NCBI RefSeq assembly: GCF_006345805.1
Contig: NC_042998.1
Location: forward strand, 170,004,001-170,068,000
Length of the DNA stretch: 64,000 nucleotides
Direction: 5' to 3'
Origin: Octopus sinensis
Taxonomy: Eukaryota
In this document: positions 27,007 through 39,810 of the stretch, piece by piece
How the letters are laid out: the number at the start of each line of letters is the position of its first letter
Position numbering within the stretch: the stretch's first letter is position 1
Notes under the pieces: generated by a model
Told to the model about the DNA's origin: nothing
What the model saw: the letters and a program-made list of their open reading frames with translations, nothing else
Database searches by the model: none
Position numbers and translations under genes: made by a program

Positions 27007-27367
27007 TTACTGGCAACAGTATCAACGTGTTATGATTTTACTTTTGAAGAGTATAACTAAGCAAAGAAGAAAAAAAAAAGAAAATGGTAATTTTGATTTT
27101 AGTAGAGAATACAAAGTCATCTTAAGAGTTATATGTCTTCTTGTCTTGTCTTGAGACAACATTCATCCGGGGTGGGTTGAGCTGGTTTCATTCATCCCAC
27201 CCCGGGTGAATGCTGTCTCAAGACAAGACAAGAAGACATATAACTCTTAAGATGTCTTTGTATTCTCTACTAAAATCAAATATTACCATTTTCTTTTTTT
27301 TTCTTCTTTGCTTAGTTATACTCTTATTCAAAAGTAAATCATAACACATTGACACTGCTGCTGGTAA
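27007..27367. repeat. Long inverted repeat (arms 27007-27180 and 27192-27367, 11-nt loop)
   Basis: The arms are reverse complements over ~175 bp with about ten substitutions/small indels by eye. Confidence 0.95.
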
Positions 27368-27711
27368 GAGTTATATAAGCTCTGCTGAGGTTTCATTTCA
27401 TATACAAATATCAAGATATATGTTTCAAATAATCAAATATGAGATCAGAAACCAACTCAAAAGTATATTATATAAAGATATGGTATAAGACCCGGAATTA
27501 AAAAAAGTAAAATCCAAATAACTAACCTAGTTTTTATAAGAGTAAAGCAATAAAAAAATGTCTTCAATTTCAACTATTTATCAACCAATATTCATGCCAA
27601 GATCCATCATTTTCTTTCAAAGCCAGATGACTTTTCTGTTGCTAACCGATTTAGTTCCTTATTCTGTGCAGAGTCAGTATATTTATTCTGAAATTGGGAT
27701 ACATGTGGCAT

Positions 27712-27909
27712 TATTCTTTTACTTGTTCCAGTCATTTGACTGTGGCCATGCTGAAGCACTGCCTTGAAGGGTTTTAATCAAATGAATCAATCCCATTTTT
27801 TAAAGCTGAGTACTTATTTTATCATCCTCTTTTGCCGAACTGCTAAGTTACAGGTACATAAGCACACCAACACTGACAAACACAAAGACACACACATACT
27901 CACTTTCTC

Positions 27910-27945
<36 letters not shown>

Positions 27946-28060
27946 GATGGACTTCTTTCAGTTTCTGGCTACCAAATCCACTTTGTTAGCTTGAGGCTAT
28001 AGTAGAAGACACTTGCCTAAAGTTCCATGCAGTGGCACTGAACCATGTGGTTAAGAAGCA
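27712..28060 (-). mobile_element. Modular SINE, family B
   Basis: CR1-type tail at 27712-27770, (TA)/(CA) at ~27910-27945, head towards 28060. Confidence 0.7.
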
Positions 28061-29007
28061 TATTCTGAAAAGCCTTATTCCTAAATTTCACAGATGATTG
28101 TTCAAATTTACATCTTTTTTTTAAAACATTTTTGCTAATTTTGTTAACCAAATTGAAGCAGGAGCTTATCTCTTCCAAGATTTCAAAATTCTAAACCATT
28201 AAGATATGTTCTTCCCTAAATTCAAAAAAATAACTGAATTTTTTTTTTTAATTTAAAAGGCAGTAAGATTAAGAGTTGAAACATTGTGAAAAACTTAAAT
28301 TCTATGTCAAAAAAAGGAATCAATGTAACACCCAAAAATTACTCATTATCAGTTCATTTTATACTTCTAAACACAAAACTTCAAATTTATTATCAATTCC
28401 AGATGTGCCAACTCAAATGATCAACAAATCTTTAGCCATTATAACACCAAGAACTATTTTCTGATGAAAACATTCTTGTGGCCCTAATCCACATATGTGA
28501 AGATTTAACTCTTAACATATGAAGAATAATTTTCATGAGAAGGTTGAAATAATTTCTTGTCTATATTTACTCAAAGAAAGCTAAGCTTTTCAGAATGATT
28601 TCCCTTTCTGAACCAATCATTCAAAATTGTATAACAGAATCCGGAATCTGGTGTGGCCCTTGGCCTTACCAACTCTTGTCAAGCCATCCAACCCATGCTA
28701 GCATGGAAAACAGACGTTAAATGATGAATAAGGTACTCTTACAACGACTACTTTACAGTGGCACTAGAAGTGAGAGCTACCAGTTTTGTTTACAAAAATC
28801 TTAGAATTATTGTCATGAATACACTGGAGTGTCAATGAAATTATTCTGTCATTCTGTGACTCATAAAGGAGAAACTGTAATTTTCCTTGCATGTTGATTG
28901 CAAAAGTTAGCTTATTTCAACGCTTGCTTATGGAGTAAATTAAAAATAAGTAGGAAATTTTAATTTTCTTAGGTTTTTTCTACAGACATCTTTGCAGTTT
29001 AGAGTTT

Positions 29008-29156
29008 TATAGGAAGGGCATCCAGCTGTAGAAACTCTGCCAGATCAGATTGGAGTCTGGTGCAGCCATCTGGTTTGCCAGACCTCAGTCAAATCGTCCA
29101 ACCCATGCTAGCATGGAAAGCATATGTTAAACGATGATGATGATGATGACGATGAT
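29008..29156 (+). mobile_element. Short RTE 3'-tail copy
   Basis: aggaagggcatccagctgtagaaac...ccatgctagcatgg...(GAT)n. Confidence 0.8.
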
Positions 29157-29789
29157 TCATTCCTATTGTATAGTAAGAATTCTAACAGTATGGATACTAT
29201 TTACATTTTCTGCTTAAAAACAGGGGATTTTCAATAACGAAAGGTATACAGGACAAAATATTACCAATGCAGAGACTCCAATAATTTTAATCAAACCAAT
29301 AAATGCACAAGTTATGCAATGAAATAAATTTAAAAATGCTGGGTTAGCAAGAAATAAATCAACAAGCCTATTTATTAAGTTTTTTGTAAAGAGATATTAA
29401 CACTTTTGAAAATCCTATAAAAACAAACAGGCAACATTCAAGTTATGAATGTGCCATTTAACATCATATAAAATATGTAGATATGAATAAAATATAAATC
29501 AGCATCATTTCTTTTTAGACATTTAGTTTTAAAATTAGATTTGTTAGATATAACTCACATATGTTCAACTACTTTTATTTCAGTAAAAGTAAACAGCTTA
29601 TATATTTTATAGAGGGCATGACAACCTCTCTGGGGCTAGTGCCACAATAAAATGCACCCAGTACACACTGTAAAGATGTTCGTTTCCGTTTCACTGTACA
29701 GCATCTTGAGGAAATGCTTTCTACTGTAGCCCTGGGCTGACCAGAGCCTTGAGTGGATTTGATAGATAGAAACTGAAAGAAGCCTGGCA

Positions 29790-29920
29790 AGAGAGCAAGA
29801 GAAAGAAAGAGAGAGAGAGTGAGTGAGAAAGAGAGAGGGAGGGAGAAAGAGAGGGAGAAAGAGAGAGAGAAAGAAAGAGAGAGAGAGAGAGAGAGAAAGA
29901 AAAAGAGAGAGAGAGAGAGG
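29790..29920. repeat. (GA)n/GAAA polypurine microsatellite
   Basis: Directly visible. Confidence 0.9.
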
Positions 29921-30508
29921 CAATAATATTGAATAAGAATTATTTAGAATATGATGAAAAAAGTCCACCTCATTTCATTATAGAAAACAGAAGTAAAATG
30001 ATGAGGATATGCACACCCACACACACACACTTTTACTGCTTGCAATGAGTTATGACCATGATAGGAGAGGAAGTATCAAACCCTCATGGCACCAAAATAA
30101 AAATTATCTTCAAAGATAATTACATTTGCTAACAATGAAAGATTTAAATATAGAAATTAAAAGAAAGGTTGAGACACCATTACTTGGAAACTCCACCATG
30201 GAATACCCACAGCTAATGAGCTTAGCAGAGTCTTTTGATGAAAATAACTAATTTCTGATCCAAAATTATATTAGTCCTCTTGGTACCACCAACACTTCAA
30301 CAACTGAACTCCTAAAAGGAAAAATTTCATATATCTTATGGGTTTTTTTTAAGTGCTTTAGTAGCATACAGTGAAGTATGCTTCGTTTATTACTAAGCAC
30401 GTAACATTTGCAGAAGGTGGAAATATCTATCCATCTAAAGATATATCTATAGATATCTACATTTCAGTATTTATTACACACACACACGCAATAATTATAA
30501 TAACATAA

Positions 30509-30835
30509 TCTTTATCTCTCTCTATATAAAGCTGAAGTTATCTGTGTATGAGAGTATGATAGAAGGCTTGCTCTTCCTTCCTTAGAAGAAAAAATTCAAA
30601 TCAGACCATGTTAACACCAAAAATTATTTACATCAAAAAGGTGCATTTTTTCTATGAAAATCCCTATTTTTTACGATTTTTTGACTGCTGTGTTGCCCTT
30701 TTTAGGTGTATTTCAACCAGAAAAATGTTCACTTAAAGAGAATAACAAGCTACATAATGCAAAATTTTTACTTTTCAAAAATTCCAATTCTAAAGGGTCA
30801 AAACAAACCCAAGCAACGCTGGGCGATACTGCTAG
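30509..30835 (+). mobile_element. Non-autonomous Helitron
   Basis: 5' a|TC..tctatataaagctgaagtt (exact start 30509 or 30515); 3' imperfect hairpin cccaagcaacgctggg then CTAG|t at 30832-30836. Confidence 0.7.
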
Positions 30836-31789
30836 TCTATTGATAAAATGGATACAGTATAGTTTTTGACATGAGTAAGAAATTGCAACATGCCCTTGGT
30901 TCTAGAATTTGGCCTAAATTCTTTTTCCCTTTGGTTACATTTTTGCCACTGTCAAGACAGAATACAGTTAATATTTATAGACACATGCTAAATTGAAGAC
31001 CTATACAATCCTTACAGCTTTGTGGAGAGGAAAAAAATAGATATTAATACAGTCAGGATGGAAACAGTGGTGGTGGTGTGGTGCTGATAATGGGGACGGA
31101 GATGGTGGTAATAACAAAACAGTGAAAACACTGGTGATGGTGAAAGTAATAGCAATTATGATGATGACAGCAATGATAATTGAAACCATATCTCATCATA
31201 TAAGCAACTAAAAGAACTTATTTCAGATTGATTTCCTGTATAATCAAACATTAGTTGCTAAGTTTTACAAACTTATAATGACTTAGACCTTAAATCCCAT
31301 TATTCAAATCAAACAATGTTTTTTTTTGTATTTAGAGCTTTGAAGTATTTGGTTTTTTTTGTATTTTCCTAAGGAAGAATCAAAAGCAACAGCAAAAAAC
31401 TATGGGAGAAAGGAAGTGTAGAAAGGGCTTTTAGTCCTGTTGTGGACATTTTAGTGCAGACAGTATGATGATAAAATGCACCCAGTACACTGTAAAGCAC
31501 TTGTTGATAAGAAGGATGTTCATTTGTAAAAACTATGACAAAAAATAACATGACCTATACAACAAGGTTGGTTGGTTTGTGCTAGAAATCAAAGGACCAC
31601 AGTGGGTAGTGGAGATACTGAGAAATATCCAACCCATGATAACATGGAAAAAATGGATGTAAAATTATGAATCACCAGTGACCTTAGCAGCAACTTAATG
31701 AAGTCCTCTAAAGTTAGTTTTCCAACTAAGACAGGAAGAATACAATATCTTTTCCCTCCAAAGGAATATCTATCTTTTATTTGTTTCAC

Positions 31790-32050
31790 TCATAGGGTTT
31801 GCTGCTATGCTGGGGCACTGACTTGAAGGGTTTAACCAAACAAATCAACCATAGTAATATTTTTTTAAGCCTAGTATTTATTCTATCAATTTCTTTTTGC
31901 TGAACAACTAAATTATAAGGACATAAACAAACCAACACCAATTCTAAAGCAGTAAAGGGACACACATGCATACACACATACACACACAATGGGATTCTAC
32001 ACAGCTTCCATCTGCCAAATCCACTCAAGAATTTGGTCAGTCCAGAGCTA
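31790..32050 (-). mobile_element. Modular SINE, family B (head-truncated)
   Basis: Tail atgctggggcactg, central (CA)n, CORE-like body. Confidence 0.65.
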
Positions 32051-32211
32051 TTTTACTAAACTCTGCATTTTAAAACTTTATTGAAACAAAAATAGTGTAT
32101 TTCAACAGAAATATGCCAACAAAAGGCTTAAGATGAATTTTATAATATTCATGGCTAATGGGCAGTAATAATTACTGTTATCTATATGAAAGGATTTATT
32201 TTTATTTACTT

Positions 32212-32545
32212 AGGTGAAAGCATGGTTGTGTGGTTAAGAAGCTCTCTTTGCACCCATATGGCTTTAGGTTCAGTCCCATTGCATGGCACTCCAGGCAAGT
32301 GTCTTCTATAGCTCTGGACCAACCAATGCCTTGTAAGTGAATTTAGTAAACAGAAACTATAAAGAAGCCTGTCATATATATGTGTGCATATGTCTGAGTT
32401 TGCCCTTGCCACAATTTGATAACTGGTGTTGGTTTGTTTATGCCCCTGTAAATGGTTCAATAAAAAGAGGATGATAGAATAAGCACCAGGCTTATATATA
32501 ACTATCTTGTGTTCAATTTGATCAAACTCTTCAAGGCAGTGCCCC
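32212..32545 (+). mobile_element. Modular SINE, family B
   Basis: Head gtgtggttaagaag..ggttcagtccc..ggcaagtgtcttct; tail ggcagtgccccagcat. Confidence 0.7.
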
Positions 32546-32939
32546 AGCATAGTGTCTATGAATTCAGATATAAAAAAAAATATAGTATTTTCCCTGTACA
32601 ACATTTCAGTATGACAGTTCTGATATGACATATCAGGAAGATGCAAGTGAATTAGTAAACTATGTTGTGAAAAGAAAATATAAAGCTAACTATAAAAATT
32701 TAACAGTAAATTAAAGTAAATCCAGAAATTTGGTTGAAGTTATCTACTGCTAAAAAGTAAACAACAGTATGTGTAACACTAAGCATCAGAGAAATCAAAG
32801 AGTTGATGTACTGATTGGTGTATGCAAAAATTTAGTTAAAAATTGCCACTTACTTATGCAAAGAAAAGTAAAATAATAATTGTTTGCAACTCACAAAAGA
32901 AAAAGAAGAGATGATTAAGAAATTAATAAAAAAAAATTA

Positions 32940-33215
32940 ATTTTCCATATTTAAAGATGGGACAAAGAGCCTTCCTGAGTCATACAGACTCATAGGGCTA
33001 GTTTCCTGACTTCCATGGTGCATATATTTCTCCACTGGATAGGACACCAGTTCTTCACAGGCTTTCTCACTTTTGCCAGCTGAGTGGACTGGGGCCATGT
33101 GATACAAAGTGTTTTGCTCAAGAACACAACATGTTACCTCATTCAGGAATCGAAACCACAATCTTACAATCATGATTCCAATACCCTAATCACTAAGCTA
33201 CATGTCTCCACTTCA
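32940..33215 (-). mobile_element. Degenerate tRNA-headed SINE
   Basis: B-box-like ggtttcgattcc on the minus strand; parts resemble families C and D. Confidence 0.5.
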
Positions 33216-33390
33216 TATTTAAGGGTGTATTCAATATTTGCTAGCAGAAGTTGATAACAGAGAAATAGCAGCAAGAGGCAGGTTCAAGTATAATTAGAGT
33301 TTCATCAGCAGATCATAGTCCACATGAGTTTTTACACAGGAAAAAAAAAAGTTACAAAGACATTGTCAGCAATAACTTGCATAATATTTA

Positions 33391-33618
33391 TTAACTCTTT
33401 AGCATTTAAACCAACCATATCTGGCCCAAATATTCTACCTGTTTTGTGTTCAAAATGGCTAAATTTGGCATCTCATGCCTACCTTACAATGTCATTCTAC
33501 AAATAAACATTCACATCATCAAAATCTTTAAACTATGAGATAATGCATGATTAATTCAAAACAATGAGAATAAATAAGCATTACATTTGACAGAAAAATC
33601 TGAATGCTAAAGGGTTAA
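33391..33618 (+). mobile_element. piggyBac-like MITE (family P1)
   Basis: TTAA 33391-33394 and 33615-33618, TIR CTCTTTAGCATT/AATGCTAAAGGG. Confidence 0.85.
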
Positions 33619-33843
33619 CCCTTTCATTACTGTTTTTATTTTGAGATGCTCTGTGTTTCTTCTAATTATTTAAAATATAATAAAGAATTTAGTAAAATAA
33701 CATCGTTATCATTGAGCTAGTGTTAGGAACATAAATTGTGATTAAGATTTGGTGGAAGATTTGAATTCAAAACTTATGAAAACAAGACATTTATACTAAA
33801 GAGCCAGAGCCGGTTTCAGCCGGGTTGGTAACAAAAGGGTTAA
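33615..33843. mobile_element. Second piggyBac-like MITE (family P2), sharing a TTAA with P1
   Basis: TTAA-CCCTTTCATTAC ... GTAACAAAAGGG-TTAA (33840-33843); the internal sequence is unrelated to P1. Confidence 0.75.
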
Positions 33844-34439
33844 ACAAAATACAGGCATGCCTCAACATATGTTGGCAATTGGTACCAAGACAAGCAGCCT
33901 AACTTGAGAAGTAATGCGACATGAAAAAATATCTTAAAAAATTTATTAGCGTATATCTGTTTTAATAAACAGTGTGAACATATTTTTTACAGGTCTCTTA
34001 TTTCATTTTCCATTTCAGAGTTGGTTTTTAGGTGTTTTTTTAAAACGTTAATGTTTTAAATAAATATATTTGCTGAGATCAATGTAAAGTCAGATAAATT
34101 GAGTAAGGTTGAGGTTTATTTTTCCCATTAATTGCTTTAAAAAAAAATTATGTAAAGTTGAAAAAGACATAACCTGAAATGATTTAAGTGGCGATATGCC
34201 AGTATATGTAAAAACTGGTCTATTGATCAAGCAGGCTTATGCTGACTATACTGTACACAAGGTCCAATAAGAAATATGTCTGTCACTGTTGAAGATCAGA
34301 TTTTCCCTTAGGCATGAGAATGAGAATTACATTTCTAAAAACTAATTCTTAATTTCTTGCAATTGTGTGTGTGTGTGTGCATGTGCACATGCAAGTCACT
34401 GACAATTGCTGCTAGATTTTTATTTCTTTTTCTAACTGC

Positions 34440-34865
34440 AGGCATGGGCTGTCTAGATAGGAAGCTTGCTTTGAATCACATGATTTCAGGTTCAGTCCCA
34501 CTGTATGGTACCTTGGGTAAGTATCTTCTAATATAGCTCTGAGCTACCCAATGCCTTGTGAATGAATTCAGGAGACAGAAATTGCGTGGAAGCCCATCGT
34601 GTGTGTGTGTGTGTGTGTGCATATATGTAAAGGGTCATGTTGTGGTTTGTTTAAACTCTGTGAAATAGTGTAATAATCAACATGGGGAAATATGACTATG
34701 TGTGTTGTATACCCCACTGCCTGAAAACCAGCGTTGGTTTGTTTACATCCCCATAACAGTTTGGCAGAAGAGACTAATAAGATAAGTACCACACTTAATA
34801 TTTACTAGTGGTAAATTAGTTTGACCAAAACCTTCAAGGTAGTGCACTAGTATGGTCACAATTTA
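34440..34865 (+). mobile_element. Modular SINE, family B
   Basis: ggttcagtcccactg..ccttgggtaagt head, (GT)n centre, decayed tail. Confidence 0.65.
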
Positions 34866-36134
34866 ATGGCTAAAATAAGATAACCAAAATAGGAATTCCA
34901 AATCATTACAAATTTTTCACATTCATAGTTCAGTATGTCAACACCTTGATTTATCTTTAATCAATACCATTGGCTTATTTGAATTATTTCCCTTAGCTCA
35001 ATTCTGTTTAAGAGGTGGAGAAACAGAAAGATATATACGAAGGCAAGCTGATATAGAGAAGTAGATATACATATAGCTGTTGTGTGTACCTATGAGAGAA
35101 ACACAGACTTAAAGTTGGGAGAGAGCCAGAGAAAACACTAGGACAGTCTACTCATATGTATGACACAAACATGCAGTGAAGGCAAACAGCAGAATAAAAA
35201 AAAAAAACACAGCGACATGCTAAAAGAGATAGACAGACAGACACACAGAGTAAGACAAAGAAAGATAAAAATAATAAAACAGGGAGATAGCTTTCTACAA
35301 TATTTACAAATGTGTTTGCTTTTAATCGTAAGTTTGGATTAGCTCCTAATTTATTCAGAATCATAATTAATAGAATAAACTAATCAGTCCAATTTTCTTC
35401 AAGCTTTCTTACAATGAAATAATAAACAAAATTATAAATATTTCTTTTTAGAAATGATGGACGTTTAATTGCTTCGAGATTTGCCACTTCACAAAAAAAA
35501 AAAAAATTTCACTTTTTCTCAAAATGTATAAAAATTCTTATGACATCAATGACATACAGTTCTTGCTGGTAAGAATAAAGTTTCTAAACAGGAAAGAGAA
35601 ACTTGAAGGATTGCTTTGGCCCAATGGTAGAATGTTTGTCATCACATGGACAGCCTATGACTTTGTTTTCAGCAATATTTACAGGCTATTATCTATAGCT
35701 TTATTAGCTTTGGGATTTGCTCTTCCCAAAAAGAATTATTTCACATTTCTAAATTCTCATGAAGTCAAAAATTATTATATAGGAAACTGTTGATAACGTC
35801 AATTGCTTTTAAATGGTGGCGTCACTTTGGTTGTAAACATATATTTGCTTAGAAACCAAAGTTATAATACCACCATCTCTATCTTCACTCTTGTACAGAG
35901 TGCAGGGAAGCAAAACAGATTCTTCATTCCTCATGTCAACTGAAATTATCAAACTCTTCCATTAAGCTTTCTAAGATACTCTGTAGCAAAAAAAAAAAAA
36001 AAAAATAGCTATTCATGGAGAAGATAACTTTTAAATGGTCTTTTTCTTTTATTAATCCTTATGTATCATAAAGGTCTACCATTGATTACTATAATGTAGA
36101 AATGTAAATCAACTAAGTTGTCAACATAATTTCA

Positions 36135-36420
36135 AAATGAGAGAGAGAGAGAGAGAGGGAGAAAAAATACAAAATAAAGAAAAATATGAAATGGTGAGTG
36201 TGAGAAATGAAATAGTGAGAGCAAAGAGAGTGGAAAAGAAAAATAACAAAAGTGAAGCATGGAAGGGCAGGGAGAAAAATAGTGAAGATACAAAAATGGG
36301 GCAGTGGGGAAAGAAATACTGAGAGTGGGTTATGGGAGGGGAGAAATAGTAAGAGATGAGTGAGAGAGAGAGAGAACAAAAAAAAAAGAAAATTTGAAAG
36401 AAGTGTAGAAAGGAAGAGAC
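36135..36420. repeat. Purine-rich degenerate (GA)n tract
   Basis: Strong A/G strand skew with (GA)n at both ends. Confidence 0.7.
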
Positions 36421-37039
36421 AAATTTACATCTTAAGCAAGTGGACAATCCATTTTCATAATTTTAATATTTTACAATAGCATAATATCTTTATGTTATGC
36501 TATTGTAAAATATGAAATATTAGAATTGCTAAAAATATATATGTATGTGAGGACTTATTGAACAGATACAGCATCAAGTCATATTAAGAAGTATAAATGT
36601 GGTAGTTAAATTGGAATCAAAACAATGTTGTGAAAACTACCATAGATAGACATTTGTATGATCATGTGGCTAAGAAATTTTCTCTGCAAGCATGTGGTTT
36701 CTAATCTTATTCCATTGCATGGTATCTTGGACAAGCATCTTTTATCATCAACTTGGAACTCACCAGAGTCATGTGAGTGAAAATGAAATTGGATAGAGAG
36801 AAACTGTTGAGCAATTTGTTGGAGGGACTACTTGATAACTCAGTTTCTCCTTACCATTACTCTTCGAGGTCCTGCAAAAATTATGGGTACTGCTAACGTT
36901 CCTTTGATTAACTCATAAGAACAATTTTTAAGCTTGATGCTCTTATCAATGATACTTGAAATCAACATAATTTTAAGGATAAAGATTCTTAATGCTAGGA
37001 ACCTTTTGGGAGATGTTATTTCTGTGCCATGTCATTTTT

Positions 37040-37780
37040 TAGTGACCATTACCTATGAACAATTTCTTTCCACAGCTAGTTTTGCTTGTTGTTCAGCATC
37101 ATTAATAGCTATCTTTCATTTATCCAGATCTTTTCTGGTAAATTTCTATTTTGAGGTACTCCCTTTTTGTGTAATTTCTATTCTTAGGGCTGATGTATAA
37201 TACTACTCATGAAGAGAGCACCTCCCCTTAATCATAATCTGCATGCAACCAGAATTCTCACAATCAATCCAAATGTTGGGCCTCTCAATCACCAGAACTC
37301 TCTCCCTGGGACTGTATCTGACCCTTCTCTTCAGGACCTGAAGATACTTCAGCTTCCAATAATTATTGATCAAGTGAAGCCCAAAATGGAGTATTGCTCT
37401 TACATTTGGAATGGTTGCTGTTGTTACACAACTCACAGACCATTTCCAGAAAAGGGTCAATCAATTGTTTGTGTTAAAGGTACACACTCACAGGCATGCT
37501 CAAAATTTTAGCCATGGTTATGCTGTCTACTCTCTGTGTTTTCTATTCCTACTATAATAGCTTCTGCTTATTGGAATTGGCTAGGTTCCTGTCACTTCCT
37601 CTTGGTCATTTTGAACCCACTCATCTCTCCTCCACTCATGGCTTTTGTGATGCTCAATTCCTCAGGTCCTGTATAAATCTTTCTCAGGACTTTAGTCCCC
37701 TGGAACCCTTTTCCTGCTCATCTGTCCCACAGGTGTTCAGTTGCAAATGATCAAGAGTAATATTTATGACCTCAATCTCA
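37040..37780 (+). mobile_element. Very old CR1/L2-like LINE remnant
   Basis: SDHY (endonuclease end, ~37043) and QVKPKMEYCSYIWNG (ORF 37209..37511), typical of the post-RT region. Confidence 0.5.
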
Positions 37781-37849
37781 TCAGTCTAGGATGACATGAG
37801 AAGATCAAGGGTCCAGCCTTTCACTTTAAACCTATTATAGGTACAAAGC

Positions 37850-38040
37850 CTGAAATACTGAGGGAGAGGACTAGTTGATTACATCAACCCCAGTGCTCAA
37901 CTAGTACATATTTTATCAACCTCGAAAGGATGAAAGGCAAAGACAACCTCAGTGGAATTTGAATCCAAAACGCAAAAGGCTGGAAGAAATGCCATTAAGC
38001 ATTCTGTCTGATATGCTAACAATTTTGCTAGCTTTCTGCT
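37850..38040 (-). mobile_element. SINE, family A
   Basis: Shared core with the 50300 copy. Confidence 0.65.
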
Positions 38041-39243
38041 TTTCCAGACTCAGATGTTTGTATGGTGACCTTGAAAGAGTCATTTGATTCCTATAGCAAT
38101 ACCAATGCAATTGGCTTTTAAATTAATTCACAAATAGTGAACTGATGAAAAGCAAATTTGAAAGACCATCAACTGAACTAAATTGAATGAAAATGTACTG
38201 ATGACCAACTGCACAAGTATTATTAATACAATGAATAATAAAAAGTTATGAAATAAGTTGAAAATTAAGATATATTAATATTAAATTTTACAGTTGACAA
38301 ATTTCTTTCAACGAAATGAAAGTTTGAGTAATCAGAAAGAAAATGTTCTTCTAATTGAGATGAATTAAAATAACTTTATTTTGTTTTGAAACAATCTAGA
38401 AAAACTTTCACAAATTAAAATCAAATATTTAAGCCTCATCACTGCCATCAGTTAACTATTGAAAGATAATCTGTTTCTAACAAATGAAAAAATAAAAGAG
38501 ACTTTTGTAAAACAAACAGCCAATGTAAACAGCAGTAACAACTACTTGCATGTTTTGCACATATTGCATTCACATAATATACTCTTTGGGGTTATTTAGG
38601 TGTTAGAAAATATTTTCTTTGATAAAATGTGCAACAGATAAGACAATACTCTTAAGTTAATCTCATTACCATTGCGCTTAAGAGGTCAGACCCTGTTGGA
38701 TACTTACTTATAAGCAGTCTGTTATGCTACATTATGAAATACTAGACAAAATGCTCAACAATGCAAGCCAATTTACACAGCGATTGTTTTTAGCTAAATA
38801 ATCCAAACAGCAAATCTGGAGGAAGAAATTTAGGGGTGGAAAAAAAGAGAAATAAAGTTCCAGCTGAGCAATACATGTCATTTTAGCTGTTAAATATATC
38901 ACTCCACCCACCCTTTATTTTAGCAACATATTTCGTTTGTTGATTTATACTGTGGTGGAGGTCCCCTTACTAAAGAGGGTTAAGGTGGTGGGAATGTGCA
39001 GAACAAAGCTTATATACATATATATAAACCTGCTATAACATAATTACTAGTATTAATAACATAATGCTTTAATAGTAGTCAGATGAAATTTTAGATAACT
39101 ATAGATTTTTTTATCCACTTACATAAATACACTGCATTGACTCGTATGTATTGCATTCAATATTTTTGTTGTACTAACATAGAGCAACTTATGAGTAAAT
39201 GTTTTAGTTCTCTCCCTGTCTCATATAAATATGTGTGTGTGTG

Positions 39244-39289
<46 letters not shown>

Positions 39290-39464
39290 ATATCCTCATT
39301 TTCATCTCATCACTTGTATCCACTTTCTAATATAGGCACAAGGCCTGAAATTTTTGGGGAGGGGGCTAGTTGGTTACATCGACCCCAGAAGATGACTGGT
39401 ATTTATTTTACTGACCCTGAAAGAATGAAAAGCAAAGTCAAAACTTGGTAGAATTTGAATTCAG

Positions 39465-39524
39465 TATATATATGTATATGTGTGTGTGTGTGAGTGTGTA
39501 TGGATATGTATATATATATGTATG

Positions 39525-39575
<51 letters not shown>

Positions 39576-39810
39576 TATGTATATATGTGTATATGTATGT
39601 GTGTATATATATGTATATATATATGTATATATGTGTATATGTATGTGTGTGTATATATGTATATATATATGTTATATATATATTATATATATATATGTAT
39701 GTGTATGTGTATATATATATATAATATATATGTATATATATATATATATTATATATATATATATATAATATATGTATATATATATATGTATGTATATATA
39801 TATATGTATG
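39465..39810. repeat. (TA)/(TG) compound microsatellite
   Basis: Directly visible; a smaller array lies at 39225-39290. Confidence 0.95.

Noticed and set aside
35540-35760. Possible hAT dimerisation-domain remnant on the minus strand
   Set aside because: Similarity is too weak and broken by stops to support a call.
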